From Parcubacteria group bacterium (GTDB taxonomy: Bacteria > Patescibacteriota > Minisyncoccia > Phycocordibacterales > UBA2135): a DNA stretch of 64,000 bases. Below, one piece after another: positions 55,871-64,000 of this stretch. The stretch is from the NCBI GenBank assembly GCA_016204045.1, contig JACQLQ010000004.1, positions 24,981 through 88,980 on the forward strand, read 5' to 3'. The stretch's first letter is position 1; every line of letters starts with the position of its first letter. Under the pieces are notes generated by a model. It did not search any database, was not told the DNA's origin, and worked only from the letters and a program-made list of their open reading frames with translations. Both the position numbers and the translations under genes were made by a program.

Positions 55871-56371
55871 TCACACTTGTTGGACACACGCGAGAAGACG
55901 CAAATTGTCGCCAGCGGCCTGAAGTCCCTGGTCTGCCGCGAGTTGAAAATAGTGCGCCGCCTTATTGCAGTCTTTGGGAACACTCTCCCCACGGGCGTAC
56001 ATGACACCCAAGCTGTTTTGCGCACCGGCGTAGCCCTTATCTGCGGACTGTTTATACAATCGAAAGGCCTCTTCCAGACGGTTTGCCTGCTTATACGCAC
56101 GCCCCAATTGAAACTGAAACCGTAATTCATTCGGGTAGAGTCGTACTGCTTCCTCGCATGCACGAATGGCTGGTTCGGTTCGCAATAATGCAGTGGCAAC
56201 ACCAACACCAACCTTTTGCGGATCAATCGGGTTACCAGCGAGCGTATCGCACGCATGAATCGGAGCTTTGGGGCTCGCCACAACCTGTCCTTGGGCTTGT
56301 GAAGCAACTGAGCAAAAACACATAATTGCTGTCGTGAACAACACAACGAAAAGGTGTCGTATCGGTCTCAT
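55871..56371 (-). CDS. Secreted Sel1-like/TPR repeat protein
   Basis: 166 aa. Signal peptide, Sel1 repeats (AQNSLGVMYARGESVPKDCNKAAHYFQLAADQG). Confidence 0.6.
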   Translation of the reverse strand: MRPIRHLFVVLFTTAIMCFCSVASQAQGQVVASPKAPIHACDTLAGNPIDPQKVGVGVATALLRTEPAIRACEEAVRLYPNELRFQFQLGRAYKQANRLEEAFRLYKQSADKGYAGAQNSLGVMYARGESVPKDCNKAAHYFQLAADQGLQAAGDNLRLLACVQQV

Positions 56372-56452
56372 CGGCTTCCTCTTAAAGCCCTGCAGCTAAA
56401 AATAGTGTACGCCAGTATGGCCCCACTGCCAATAGAGGCCACCCGTTAGTTG

Positions 56453-57778
56453 TTATCGCCTCCCCCACTCATCTTCTTGTCGAACGAGAAGCTCGCGAGC
56501 ACGATTCGGTTCGGCCATAATGAGCTTCACTGCCCTTTCAAGGCGAATTCCACTCTGCGAACCCTTCACCAAAATAACATCCCCCTCCCTGAGAAACCCT
56601 CGCAGAAATTCCCCTGCTTCTGTCGCATTCCCAAAATGAAAGATGTCAGCCTTCTTCATTTTTTTCGCACGAGCCCCTTCCTCAAACCATGATGAGCGAA
56701 CACCCACCGTGACTAAGACATTGCAGATTTCCTTTGCAAGCGCGCCTATCTTTTTATGCTCTGCCGCACTTTCCTTGCCGAGTTCAAGCATATCTCCCAA
56801 AAGCGCGATCTTTCTTCCTCCGCTAGCAGGATCCGTCTCACTTGTCTTTATTCCAATCTCCTGCAGTGTCTCAAGCGCCTCGCGTGCCGCCCCGGGCGAG
56901 GAGTTGTATGAGTCGTCGATGATGAGGGAACCCTGAACTCCCCTAATCGTCCTCATCCGCCCGGGGGCCGTAGAGAGAGATGCGGATGCCTTCGCAATGT
57001 TTTTGAGTGGAATACCCAAAGCAATCCCCACCGCGGAGGCGGCGAGTACAGAATACAAAACAGGACGACCCAAAACGTTTTTTATGCTTACTTCTTCCTT
57101 GCTTCCCCCCTGCTGTATTTCAACCGTCATGCCGTTTGGCATGCCAGTTTGGTCGTAAGCAAGACGCTCTGATGTCCCCCTGATGTCGGCACTTTCCCCA
57201 AAGCCAAAAGAAAACGACGTCCCTTGATGTCCTTGGCGAAGCGCTTGCACTTCTGCATCGTCAGCATTAACGATCAAAACTCCGTCTGCTTTGAGTGCAC
57301 GCGCAAGTATTTTTTTCTCACCCACGAGGGCCTCGCGTGACGGAAAAAATTCGAGATGGACCGGGACTTCGCTAAAACGTGTGAGGACTACCACATCCGG
57401 GACGAGCCATTGTGTGACCCGACGCATGTCTCCTGGATGATCCACTCCAACTTCGAGTATAAGCCAGTCTGGGTAATGGTTCTTGAGAAGGATGAGCAGC
57501 AGCCCTTCGAAAAAAACTTTAAGCCACAAGAAAGGGCTTCCCCATGCATTTTCTGCTCCTAAGATTGTGAGCGGAACACCAATCTCTGAGTTGTAACTTT
57601 TTTTAGACCCTCGAATAAAAAAGCTTTGCTCAAGCACCGCGCGAATCGCATCTTTGGTTCCCGTCTTGCCGACGCTCCCGGTCACCGCGATAATCTTAGG
57701 CTTGTATTTCCCGAGCACCAAACGAGCCTCGAGGGTGAGGATAGAGACTACTGCTTTTTTAAGAATTTGCTTAAACAT
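56453..57778 (-). CDS. murF: UDP-N-acetylmuramoyl-tripeptide--D-alanyl-D-alanine ligase MurF
   Basis: 441 aa. Mur ligase P-loop IAVTGSVGKTGTKD, NSEIGVPLTIL, C-terminal domain. Confidence 0.8.
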   Translation of the reverse strand: MFKQILKKAVVSILTLEARLVLGKYKPKIIAVTGSVGKTGTKDAIRAVLEQSFFIRGSKKSYNSEIGVPLTILGAENAWGSPFLWLKVFFEGLLLILLKNHYPDWLILEVGVDHPGDMRRVTQWLVPDVVVLTRFSEVPVHLEFFPSREALVGEKKILARALKADGVLIVNADDAEVQALRQGHQGTSFSFGFGESADIRGTSERLAYDQTGMPNGMTVEIQQGGSKEEVSIKNVLGRPVLYSVLAASAVGIALGIPLKNIAKASASLSTAPGRMRTIRGVQGSLIIDDSYNSSPGAAREALETLQEIGIKTSETDPASGGRKIALLGDMLELGKESAAEHKKIGALAKEICNVLVTVGVRSSWFEEGARAKKMKKADIFHFGNATEAGEFLRGFLREGDVILVKGSQSGIRLERAVKLIMAEPNRARELLVRQEDEWGRR

Positions 57779-57817
57779 TTTGAGTGCTGGACCCTAAACC
57801 CTGGTGGCCAATGACTG

Positions 57818-59566
57818 TTAGCGGTCGGGGGGTATTTCGTAGTACTGTATCAGGAATTTAGCTGTTTCCAAAAACGGATGCGTTAATGTTTCGGAGGCAT
57901 AGCGCACTCCTTTGGGGTTCACGATGTAGTAAAAAACAAGAAACTGGGGATCAAAGGCGGGAAAGTAGCCGAAAAAAGAGTGAAGGAAACGATCTTCATA
58001 ATACCCCCCACTTGTTGCTTCCGCCATCTGTGCCGTTCCTGTTTTTGCGGCAATACTCCAGTGAGGAAGAAACACTTTCCCCCCCGCGAGCGCCTCGTCC
58101 ACAACGCGAACAAGCATGCGGGTAATCTCTTCAGAGGTCTCTTCGCTAAGCACCCGCTCTTCCCCACCATAAGAAATGTTGTACGTCCCGAATTTGTGAT
58201 TAATGCGTGAGGCCACATGAGGAGTTACCAGAACGCCTCCATTCGCAAGAGCAGAGAGCGCCCGCACCATAGCGACCGGCGAGATGGCGATACCTTGTCC
58301 GAACGATGCTGTGGCGTGTTCAATATCACGGGGACTATCTAGGTTATCGACAAGGCCATGTGTTTCATTGGGAAGATCAATGCCTGTCTCCTCCCCTAGC
58401 CCAAAAGACTTCATATACGTACTAAATCGTTCTCTGCCGAGCTGTTGCATTACATACACGGCACCAGTGTTAAGAGACTGGTTCAATACTTCTTGCATGG
58501 AGACCTCTCCGTGCGCCTTGCCATCGTGATTTTCGATACGGGCCTGGTTCATAACGACGTAGCCCTTGTCATTATATGTCTCCTTTGAAGAAACGACACC
58601 GGCATCAATGCCAGCCGCCATGGTAAGCGGCTTCATAATAGAACCGAGTTCGTAAACGTCCTCGACTAATGGATTTGAGAACACTGTGTACGAAGACACC
58701 TCACTGAAATTATTGGGGTCAAATGTCGGTCGGGCCGCCATGGCATATATTTCTCCATTTTTCGGATTGATAACGAGCGCACCACCCGAGTCAGCGTGCC
58801 ATTCGTCCACGAGGGTACTGAGTGAGTGTTCGAGAAAACGTTCGACTTCTGGTTCGAGGGTGAGCACCAAATCTCCTTCGCGCGGAGCACTCTCATAGAA
58901 AAGAGTCTCCCTTAGTCCGGCAAAGGCGTCAGCAAAAAAGTTGATACGGACTTCCTCCTCTATCCTTGAGAGCGTATCTTCGTAGTATCGTTCGACGCCA
59001 TATCTTCCGCGCAATCTCTCTCCCTCATATCCGACAAAGCCCAAGACGTGCGCCCCGAGTCCCGCGCTGGGGTAGAAGCGCCACTTTTCCTCGTACACAC
59101 CCACGCCGGTGAGTTTAAGCTCACGCACACGTAGCGCCAACTCCTCCGATATGCGCGTCTTAATTTCTTCGTACGGGTCATTTTTCTTGGCGGCTTTGAC
59201 GAGAAACACATCGAGATTAAGTCCGGGAATGACGGAGGAGAGTTCTTGGAATACCTGTACGGGTTCGCCTAACTCTTTGGGATTTATCGCGAGAGTGAAT
59301 CCGCGCGCAAGGGTGGCCGCCGAGAACAGTGTGCCGTCTTTTCTTGTGAAGTAGATGGATCCGCGCGCAAAAGCATCGGCAACAGGAGAGACATATTGCG
59401 CATGGGCACGTTCAGTATATTCCTCGCCATAGATAATTTGAATTAAAAAAAGCTTCCCCAAAAGTAGGAATGCGAGCAGACAAGCAAAGATATAAATGAG
59501 ATTAATTCGGGTCGCGGGTGCTGTTATCATATGAATCACCTTCCAAAACGACAAGAGTACACCCAC
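57818..59566 (-). CDS. ftsI: Peptidoglycan D,D-transpeptidase FtsI/PBP2 (class B PBP)
   Basis: 582 aa. N-terminal TM, dimerisation domain, SxxK (GSIMKP), SxN (SLNTG), KTG (KTGTAQ). Confidence 0.85.
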   Translation of the reverse strand: MGVLLSFWKVIHMITAPATRINLIYIFACLLAFLLLGKLFLIQIIYGEEYTERAHAQYVSPVADAFARGSIYFTRKDGTLFSAATLARGFTLAINPKELGEPVQVFQELSSVIPGLNLDVFLVKAAKKNDPYEEIKTRISEELALRVRELKLTGVGVYEEKWRFYPSAGLGAHVLGFVGYEGERLRGRYGVERYYEDTLSRIEEEVRINFFADAFAGLRETLFYESAPREGDLVLTLEPEVERFLEHSLSTLVDEWHADSGGALVINPKNGEIYAMAARPTFDPNNFSEVSSYTVFSNPLVEDVYELGSIMKPLTMAAGIDAGVVSSKETYNDKGYVVMNQARIENHDGKAHGEVSMQEVLNQSLNTGAVYVMQQLGRERFSTYMKSFGLGEETGIDLPNETHGLVDNLDSPRDIEHATASFGQGIAISPVAMVRALSALANGGVLVTPHVASRINHKFGTYNISYGGEERVLSEETSEEITRMLVRVVDEALAGGKVFLPHWSIAAKTGTAQMAEATSGGYYEDRFLHSFFGYFPAFDPQFLVFYYIVNPKGVRYASETLTHPFLETAKFLIQYYEIPPDR

Positions 59567-59578
59567 CCTAGGAAGCTA

Positions 59579-59893
59579 CTATTCCCCTCCCAAAGTAAGA
59601 CCCACAAGCTGTCGTTCGGTGACGAAGACTTTAGTAGTTGGTTCTACGAAGCCGAGCGTGCGCGCTGTATCCTGATGTAAGGTATTTTTGAGCGTATTAT
59701 ACTCCTTTTCGAGCCCCGCCAACAGGGCTTGACGCTCATCAATCGTATCTTTGACTACCTTGTATTCCACCAGCGCAAACGTGCGCGCGTTGACCAAAAA
59801 TGCATACGACACGACGACGAGTGCGCATGAAAAGAGAAGCACCCAGAAGAGCCGTTTCTCAAATGTATTTACTTGTCGTGTGAAATTAAGCAT
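59579..59893 (-). CDS. ftsL: FtsL-like cell division protein
   Basis: Start trimmed to MLNFTRQV..., which removes the overlap with rsmH. One TM plus coiled coil. Its position between rsmH and ftsI is canonical. Confidence 0.5.
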   Translation of the reverse strand: MLNFTRQVNTFEKRLFWVLLFSCALVVVSYAFLVNARTFALVEYKVVKDTIDERQALLAGLEKEYNTLKNTLHQDTARTLGFVEPTTKVFVTERQLVGLTLGGE

Positions 59894-60782
59894 TGATCTT
59901 TTGTATAATCCGCAACTTTGCGCTTCGCGCACGCGGGTTCTTTCGCACCTCCTCAGGGGTCCCCTCAATCGGTTTTTTGGTTATGATTTGAAACTCTGAT
60001 GTCGGTAAATCACGGAAAATGTGTTTAACGATTCGGTCTTCACCGCTGTGGAAACTGATAACGGCAATGCGTCCTCCGGGGGTGAGCATGCGAAGAGCCT
60101 TTTGAAGCCCCTCCTCAATCGCTCCAAACTCGTCGTTAACCGCAATGCGGAGCGCCTGGAAGGTCTTGGTCGCCGGGTGTATCTTCCCCTTCCGAAAGTG
60201 CGCGGGGATGCTGTCTTCGATGATCGAGACGAGCTCGTATGTGCCGAGGATATGCTTTTCTCTTCGACGCTCGACGATTCGACGTGCGATTCTCTTAGCA
60301 AATTTTTCGTCACCATATTCGGCAAGGATGTACGCAATCTCTTCTTCTGCCCATGTATTCACTATCGCGGCGGCTGTTTCCGCCTCTCTCGGCGGGTCTG
60401 CGTCATAGGTCATGAGGAGCGGCTCATCTTTCATGAAGGAAAATCCTCTGCCTGATTCTGTGAACTCTTCGAGGCGTATCCCGAGGTCGAAGAGAACCTT
60501 GTCGATTGCGCTCAAGCCAAGTTCACGGAGCACGGAGTCGAGATTTCTGTAGTTTGATTTCCTTAAGATGACCTTCGTCTTGGTGCGAGCAAGATGCTTC
60601 TCCGCTTCTCGGAGTGCCGCCTCATCAAGATCAAGTCCGACGAGTGTCCCTTCGCTTCCGATCCGCGCACATATCTCTCGAGCGTGGCCACCATTGCCGA
60701 CAGTCGCGTCTAGGACAACGTCGCCAACCTTGAGGGCAAGACCTTCTAAACTTTCTTGTAAAAGAACAGGAACGTGTGCCAT
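59886..60782 (-). CDS. rsmH: 16S rRNA (cytosine1402-N4)-methyltransferase RsmH (MraW)
   Basis: 298 aa. MAHVPVLLQESLEGL..., SAM motif LDATVGNGGHA, FQALRIAVNDE. Confidence 0.9.
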   Translation of the reverse strand: MAHVPVLLQESLEGLALKVGDVVLDATVGNGGHAREICARIGSEGTLVGLDLDEAALREAEKHLARTKTKVILRKSNYRNLDSVLRELGLSAIDKVLFDLGIRLEEFTESGRGFSFMKDEPLLMTYDADPPREAETAAAIVNTWAEEEIAYILAEYGDEKFAKRIARRIVERRREKHILGTYELVSIIEDSIPAHFRKGKIHPATKTFQALRIAVNDEFGAIEEGLQKALRMLTPGGRIAVISFHSGEDRIVKHIFRDLPTSEFQIITKKPIEGTPEEVRKNPRARSAKLRIIQKINA

Positions 60783-60786
60783 AGGT

Positions 60787-61230
60787 CTAAATGGCCCCTA
60801 TCTCACCCAACTTCTCTGCCAATTCGTCGGCTTTCTTCTCAATGCCCTTGCGGTAGGTATCCCACGTCTTTTCGTCCCAGATTTCAACGTGGTCGTTCAC
60901 GCCCACCAAAACAACCTTACTCTGAAGCCGCGCAAATTCTTTCAGGAAATCGGGAACCAGAACGCGTCCAAGTGTATCCACTTCAACATCTACCGCGCCA
61001 CCTAACATAAATCGGTTCACTCCCCGTTGATCCCTCTGCCCCATCGAAAGTGTGCGAAGCTTGTTGAGCACTCCCTGCCATTCTTTTTCCGGATATACAT
61101 AGAGGCATGCGTCAAAGCCGCGAGTGACGATGATTTTTTTTCCCAGTTCCTTGCGAAACTTTACCGGCACGGATAACCGTTTTTTTGCGTCTATTGAGTG
61201 TCGGTATTCGCCAATAAGCATATTTTCCAC
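60787..61230 (-). CDS. mraZ: Transcriptional regulator MraZ
   Basis: 147 aa. Two DxxxR-containing MraZ repeats (IDAKKRLSVP, VDTLGRVLVP). Confidence 0.9.
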   Translation of the reverse strand: MENMLIGEYRHSIDAKKRLSVPVKFRKELGKKIIVTRGFDACLYVYPEKEWQGVLNKLRTLSMGQRDQRGVNRFMLGGAVDVEVDTLGRVLVPDFLKEFARLQSKVVLVGVNDHVEIWDEKTWDTYRKGIEKKADELAEKLGEIGAI

Positions 61231-61352
61231 TTCATACCACTTATCTCACATTTTATACCATTTCATCCCACTCTCCAAAACCCGTTATCCACACCCTTCG
61301 TACTCAAGACTAAAAACCCAAGGGATACAGCCCCTAAGCATCCTTACAGAGC

Positions 61353-61382
61353 TAACAAAAACGACCGATTATTTCGGTCGTT
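61353..61382 (-). terminator. Intrinsic terminator overlapping the stop of the 61369..62079 gene
   Basis: AACGACCGA-TTATT-TCGGTCGTT hairpin with the stop codon in the loop. On the minus strand it is followed by TTTTGTTAGC. Confidence 0.55.
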
Positions 61383-62079
61383 CTGCGGTTGCAATAAAGG
61401 GTTTTCTCCTTCCGCTCACCTCCGGGAGAACAAAGCGAATTCCCGAACTCCGGTCCACTAAATAGCTTGCTCTACGAAGGTTATTATTGATGATTCGAGC
61501 CGTATTCCAGCGAGAATCGAGGGTAACAGGGACTGCTCTTTCAAATGCCCTCTTGAATGAGCGGAGAAGCCGATCCGGAATCGGATTAGAAAGGGGTTCG
61601 GACTTCCCGCACACTCGCTCATTAAATCGCTCGAGGGCGTGCTTGCTAATAAAAACAACACCGCACGTTACATTCCACGCACTTAGTGCGGGTAAATCCG
61701 AAGGAGCTTCAGACGCCCTGGCTACGGGCTCACTTGTGTCTTCTATTGCTGTGTCCGTCTCAATTTCTTTGAAATGGGAACTTGAGCGGAGTGCTTCTTT
61801 AAACCGCGGCAGGAAGACGAGAATTTTTTCATAAACCTCTGTCCACTCGTGGTCCCCAAATATTCTAAAAAAGAGAAAGGACAGGACGCCAGTGAGAGTC
61901 TTTTCTCCCACGCGATTCTCAAAATACGCTCTTACTTGTTTCTTGTGCAGGGTGCGACGAATGGGAAAGAGAAAACTTTGTTCACTACACACCCAACGAT
62001 GAATTGTTAGGAGCTCAGCATCGGTCAGCGCTTCAATTAATTTCTTCCTTGCTTCTTCTGAAGCCTCGACCCGGTCCAC
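61369..62079 (-). CDS. Hypothetical protein
   Basis: 236 aa, no recognisable domain. Confidence 0.4.
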   Translation of the reverse strand: MDRVEASEEARKKLIEALTDAELLTIHRWVCSEQSFLFPIRRTLHKKQVRAYFENRVGEKTLTGVLSFLFFRIFGDHEWTEVYEKILVFLPRFKEALRSSSHFKEIETDTAIEDTSEPVARASEAPSDLPALSAWNVTCGVVFISKHALERFNERVCGKSEPLSNPIPDRLLRSFKRAFERAVPVTLDSRWNTARIINNNLRRASYLVDRSSGIRFVLPEVSGRRKPFIATAERPK

Positions 62080-62107
62080 AGCCCTCTCCTTTCTTTTTGT
62101 CTTTAAA

Positions 62108-62124
62108 ACCGGGACATGCCCGGT
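62108..62124 (-). terminator. Terminator-like hairpin after lysS
   Basis: ACCGGG-ACATG-CCCGGT hairpin. On the minus strand it is followed by an A/T-rich run, TTTAAAGACAAAAAG. Confidence 0.4.
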
Positions 62125-62176
62125 CTATGCAAAGCTAGGGTTGATTTTAAGATACAAAGAACCCTTCGTCAAGGTA

Positions 62177-63640
62177 TTATTTTTTGGGCCTCATTGTCGG
62201 GAAGAGAATCGTTTCTTTGATGTTTGTCGTATTAGTCAAAAACATAACGAGCCGATCAATGCCGATTCCCACACCACCCGCGGGCGGCATGCCGTACTCC
62301 ATCGCTTCAATAAAGTCGAGGTCGAGTGGTTGGGCCTCTTCGTCTCCCTCTTTCCTGAATTCCTCTTGCGCCCTAAGGCGCTGATCTTGATCCAAGGGAT
62401 CGTTCAGTTCAGAAAACGCCTTTACCAACTCAATACCACCTCCATACAGCTGAAATGCATCGACTTTTGTTTCGTCTTTTGGATTCCTTTTTGCAAGCGG
62501 CAAGTTCTCTGCCGGATAGTCCGTTACAAAGGTCGGCTCAATGAGTTTTGGGCGACACGAACGTTTAAAAATCTTATCGAGGATTTTCGCCTTGTTGTCG
62601 CCCTCCTCAATATTCGCCCCAAGCGCCCTACCTTTCTCTTTAAGGTCTTCGAGGGAGCGTTTGAAGACATTGGTAATGAGAGCATGGCGCGCCAACACAT
62701 CTGCGTATGTCTCGCGTTTAAACTTTTTTGAAAAGTCTATGGATGCTTCTCCGAATGGCAGTGTCGTCCCCCCGGTTACTTTCTTTACCAGCATCTTTAA
62801 AAGCTTCTCGGTAAATGCCATTTGCTTTTTTGCATCCGAGTACGCTTCATAAAACTCGAGCATGGTGAACTCGGGATAGTGCGTTACGTCAATTCCCTCG
62901 TTCCGAAAGTTCTTGCTGACTTCGTATACCTTAGGGAAGCCTCCGATGAGAAGACGCTTGAGATAGAGTTCGTCCGAGATACGGAGATACAGGTCAACAT
63001 CAAGCGCGTCGTGATGTGTTATAAACGGCTCCGCGGAAGCACCTCCGTAGAGTGTTTGCAAAATCGGCGTTTCGACTTCCAAATACCCGCTCTTGTCTAA
63101 AAATGACCGAATGGCGCTGACGACCCTTGTCCTCGCCTTGAAGCGTGCGCCGGATTCTTCGTTTGCTACGAGATCGAGATACCGCCGCCTAAAGCGCTCT
63201 TCACTGTCTTTGAGGCCGTGCCACTTCTCCGGCAAGGGGCGCAGACTTTTTGCGAGCATCTTCCACTCCCGTACAAAGAGCGTCTTCTCGCCACGCATTG
63301 TCTTCGACAGCAGGCCTCGAATTTCAATGAAGTCACCAACGTCTACGGTGTCAGTAAAAAGTGAAAAGGGCGCTTCGCCAACTTCATCTTTTTTTATTGC
63401 GCCCTGGAAGCGGCCCGTGCCGTCATCAAAATGCAAAAAGAGGAGTCCGCCTTGCCCGCGTATGGAGTAAACGCGCCCGGCCATGACGACCTCTTTTCCC
63501 CCCGTCAAACGGTCAAAATCGCTCGTCGCCTTTTCGACAGAAAGATTCCTTCGCGTAGATATCGGGTATGGATTGAACCCGCGCTCTTTGAGAAGATGCA
63601 ATTTCTTAAGACGCTCGTTTCGTATGTCGTCTAGGGGCAT
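62177..63640 (-). CDS. lysS: Lysine--tRNA ligase (class II)
   Basis: 487 aa. OB anticodon-binding domain. Class II motifs FRNEGIDVTHYPEFTMLEFY and GGVGIGIDRLVMFLT. Confidence 0.93.
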   Translation of the reverse strand: MPLDDIRNERLKKLHLLKERGFNPYPISTRRNLSVEKATSDFDRLTGGKEVVMAGRVYSIRGQGGLLFLHFDDGTGRFQGAIKKDEVGEAPFSLFTDTVDVGDFIEIRGLLSKTMRGEKTLFVREWKMLAKSLRPLPEKWHGLKDSEERFRRRYLDLVANEESGARFKARTRVVSAIRSFLDKSGYLEVETPILQTLYGGASAEPFITHHDALDVDLYLRISDELYLKRLLIGGFPKVYEVSKNFRNEGIDVTHYPEFTMLEFYEAYSDAKKQMAFTEKLLKMLVKKVTGGTTLPFGEASIDFSKKFKRETYADVLARHALITNVFKRSLEDLKEKGRALGANIEEGDNKAKILDKIFKRSCRPKLIEPTFVTDYPAENLPLAKRNPKDETKVDAFQLYGGGIELVKAFSELNDPLDQDQRLRAQEEFRKEGDEEAQPLDLDFIEAMEYGMPPAGGVGIGIDRLVMFLTNTTNIKETILFPTMRPKK

Positions 63641-63641
63641 A

Positions 63642-64000
63642 TTACTTCACGCTCAACACCACACACTCCATTGTCCCGCTCGGCGCCTCGTACACTACAA
63701 CATCGCCCTTTTTCTTTCCTAACAATGCATCGCCCAAGGGGGAACGGTTGGAAATCTTGCCTTCTCGTATATTTGCTTCTTCTGCACCAACAAGTGTAAA
63801 GGTTTGCTCACTGCCGTTCTTTCTGATGGAAATCGTACTTCCAATGCCAATGGTGTCTCCCGCGTGGGTCGAAACAATTTCTGCGGACTTAAGGAGATTC
63901 TCAAGAACCGCGATTCGTTCTTCGGTCGCATTTTGCGATTCACGTGCTTCCTGATATTCAGAGTTCTCCGAAAGATCACCGAGTGACTTTGCGTATTCAA
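63642..64000 (-). CDS. greA: Transcription elongation factor GreA, C-terminal part (5' end outside window; not in ORF track)
   Basis: Manual frame-3 minus translation ...EYAKSLGDLSENSEYQEARESQ...GSTISIRKNGSEQTFTLVGAEEANIREGKISNRSPLGDALLGKKKGDVVVYEAPSGTMECVVLSVK* is a GreA/GreB FKBP-like C-domain. The listed 93-aa ORF at 63719..64000 is in a different frame. Confidence 0.8.
   Translation of the reverse strand, partial: EYAKSLGDLSENSEYQEARESQNATEERIAVLENLLKSAEIVSTHAGDTIGIGSTISIRKNGSEQTFTLVGAEEANIREGKISNRSPLGDALLGKKKGDVVVYEAPSGTMECVVLSVK

Noticed and set aside
63719-64000. 93-aa ORF listed on the minus strand at the window end
   Set aside because: It is in the wrong frame. The +2 frame over the same DNA gives a clean GreA C-terminal domain ending at 63642.

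Overview
This 64-kb window looks like the compact, housekeeping-dense chromosome of a small-genome bacterium with about 50% GC background; a Patescibacteria/CPR-like origin is a possible guess (inference only). Most genes are on the minus strand. Recognisable content:
- SMC C-terminus, recR, dnaB, cysS, ctpA, rplI and rpmA.
- A transporter cassette.
- gltX, then the distal dcw block murG-ftsW-mraY.
- dacA, scpB-scpA, aspS and trpS.
- An orphan sensor kinase.
- dnaJ-dnaK-grpE.
- A fused ribosomal/rpoA block: rpsI-rplM-rplQ-rpoA-rpsD-rpsK-rpsM-rpmJ-infA.
- prfA, rpmE, rplY, pfkB-family kinase, murF-ftsI-ftsL-rsmH-mraZ, lysS and a partial greA.

Hunt results:
1. About 22.65-28.4 kb holds a GC-rich four-gene island (up to about 68% GC, very high GC3) inserted between mraY and dacA. 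It encodes an NYN-domain protein, a 202-aa unknown, a beta-CASP metallo-beta-lactamase RNase-like protein and a 558-aa orphan protein. Each gene has its own promoter-like site and intrinsic terminator. This is a candidate horizontally acquired, RNA-targeting module of unknown function.
2. A 1776-aa membrane-anchored giant protein carries tail-fibre-like (V/I)GIGTxxP beta-helical repeats, two tandem phage-type intramolecular-chaperone (S74-like) domains and a C-terminal Ig-like (DUF5011-like) domain.
3. An 80-bp, 90% identical inverted repeat pair includes the start codons of rpmA and a PduO-type gene and flanks a 2.7-kb transporter cassette.
4. A family of four intergenic inverted-repeat elements has conserved outer arms (ATCCCGT[AT][AC]GAAGT / ACTTC..ACGGGAT) and covarying inner arms. 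Each lies 8-48 nt upstream of a minus-strand gene start.

Several small genes missing from the ORF track (rpmJ, a zinc-ribbon ORF, the greA 3' end) were recovered by hand. No rRNA, tRNA or CRISPR was found. Hairpin, promoter and repeat coordinates were placed by eye and may be off by 1-2 nt; gene coordinates follow the ORF track.
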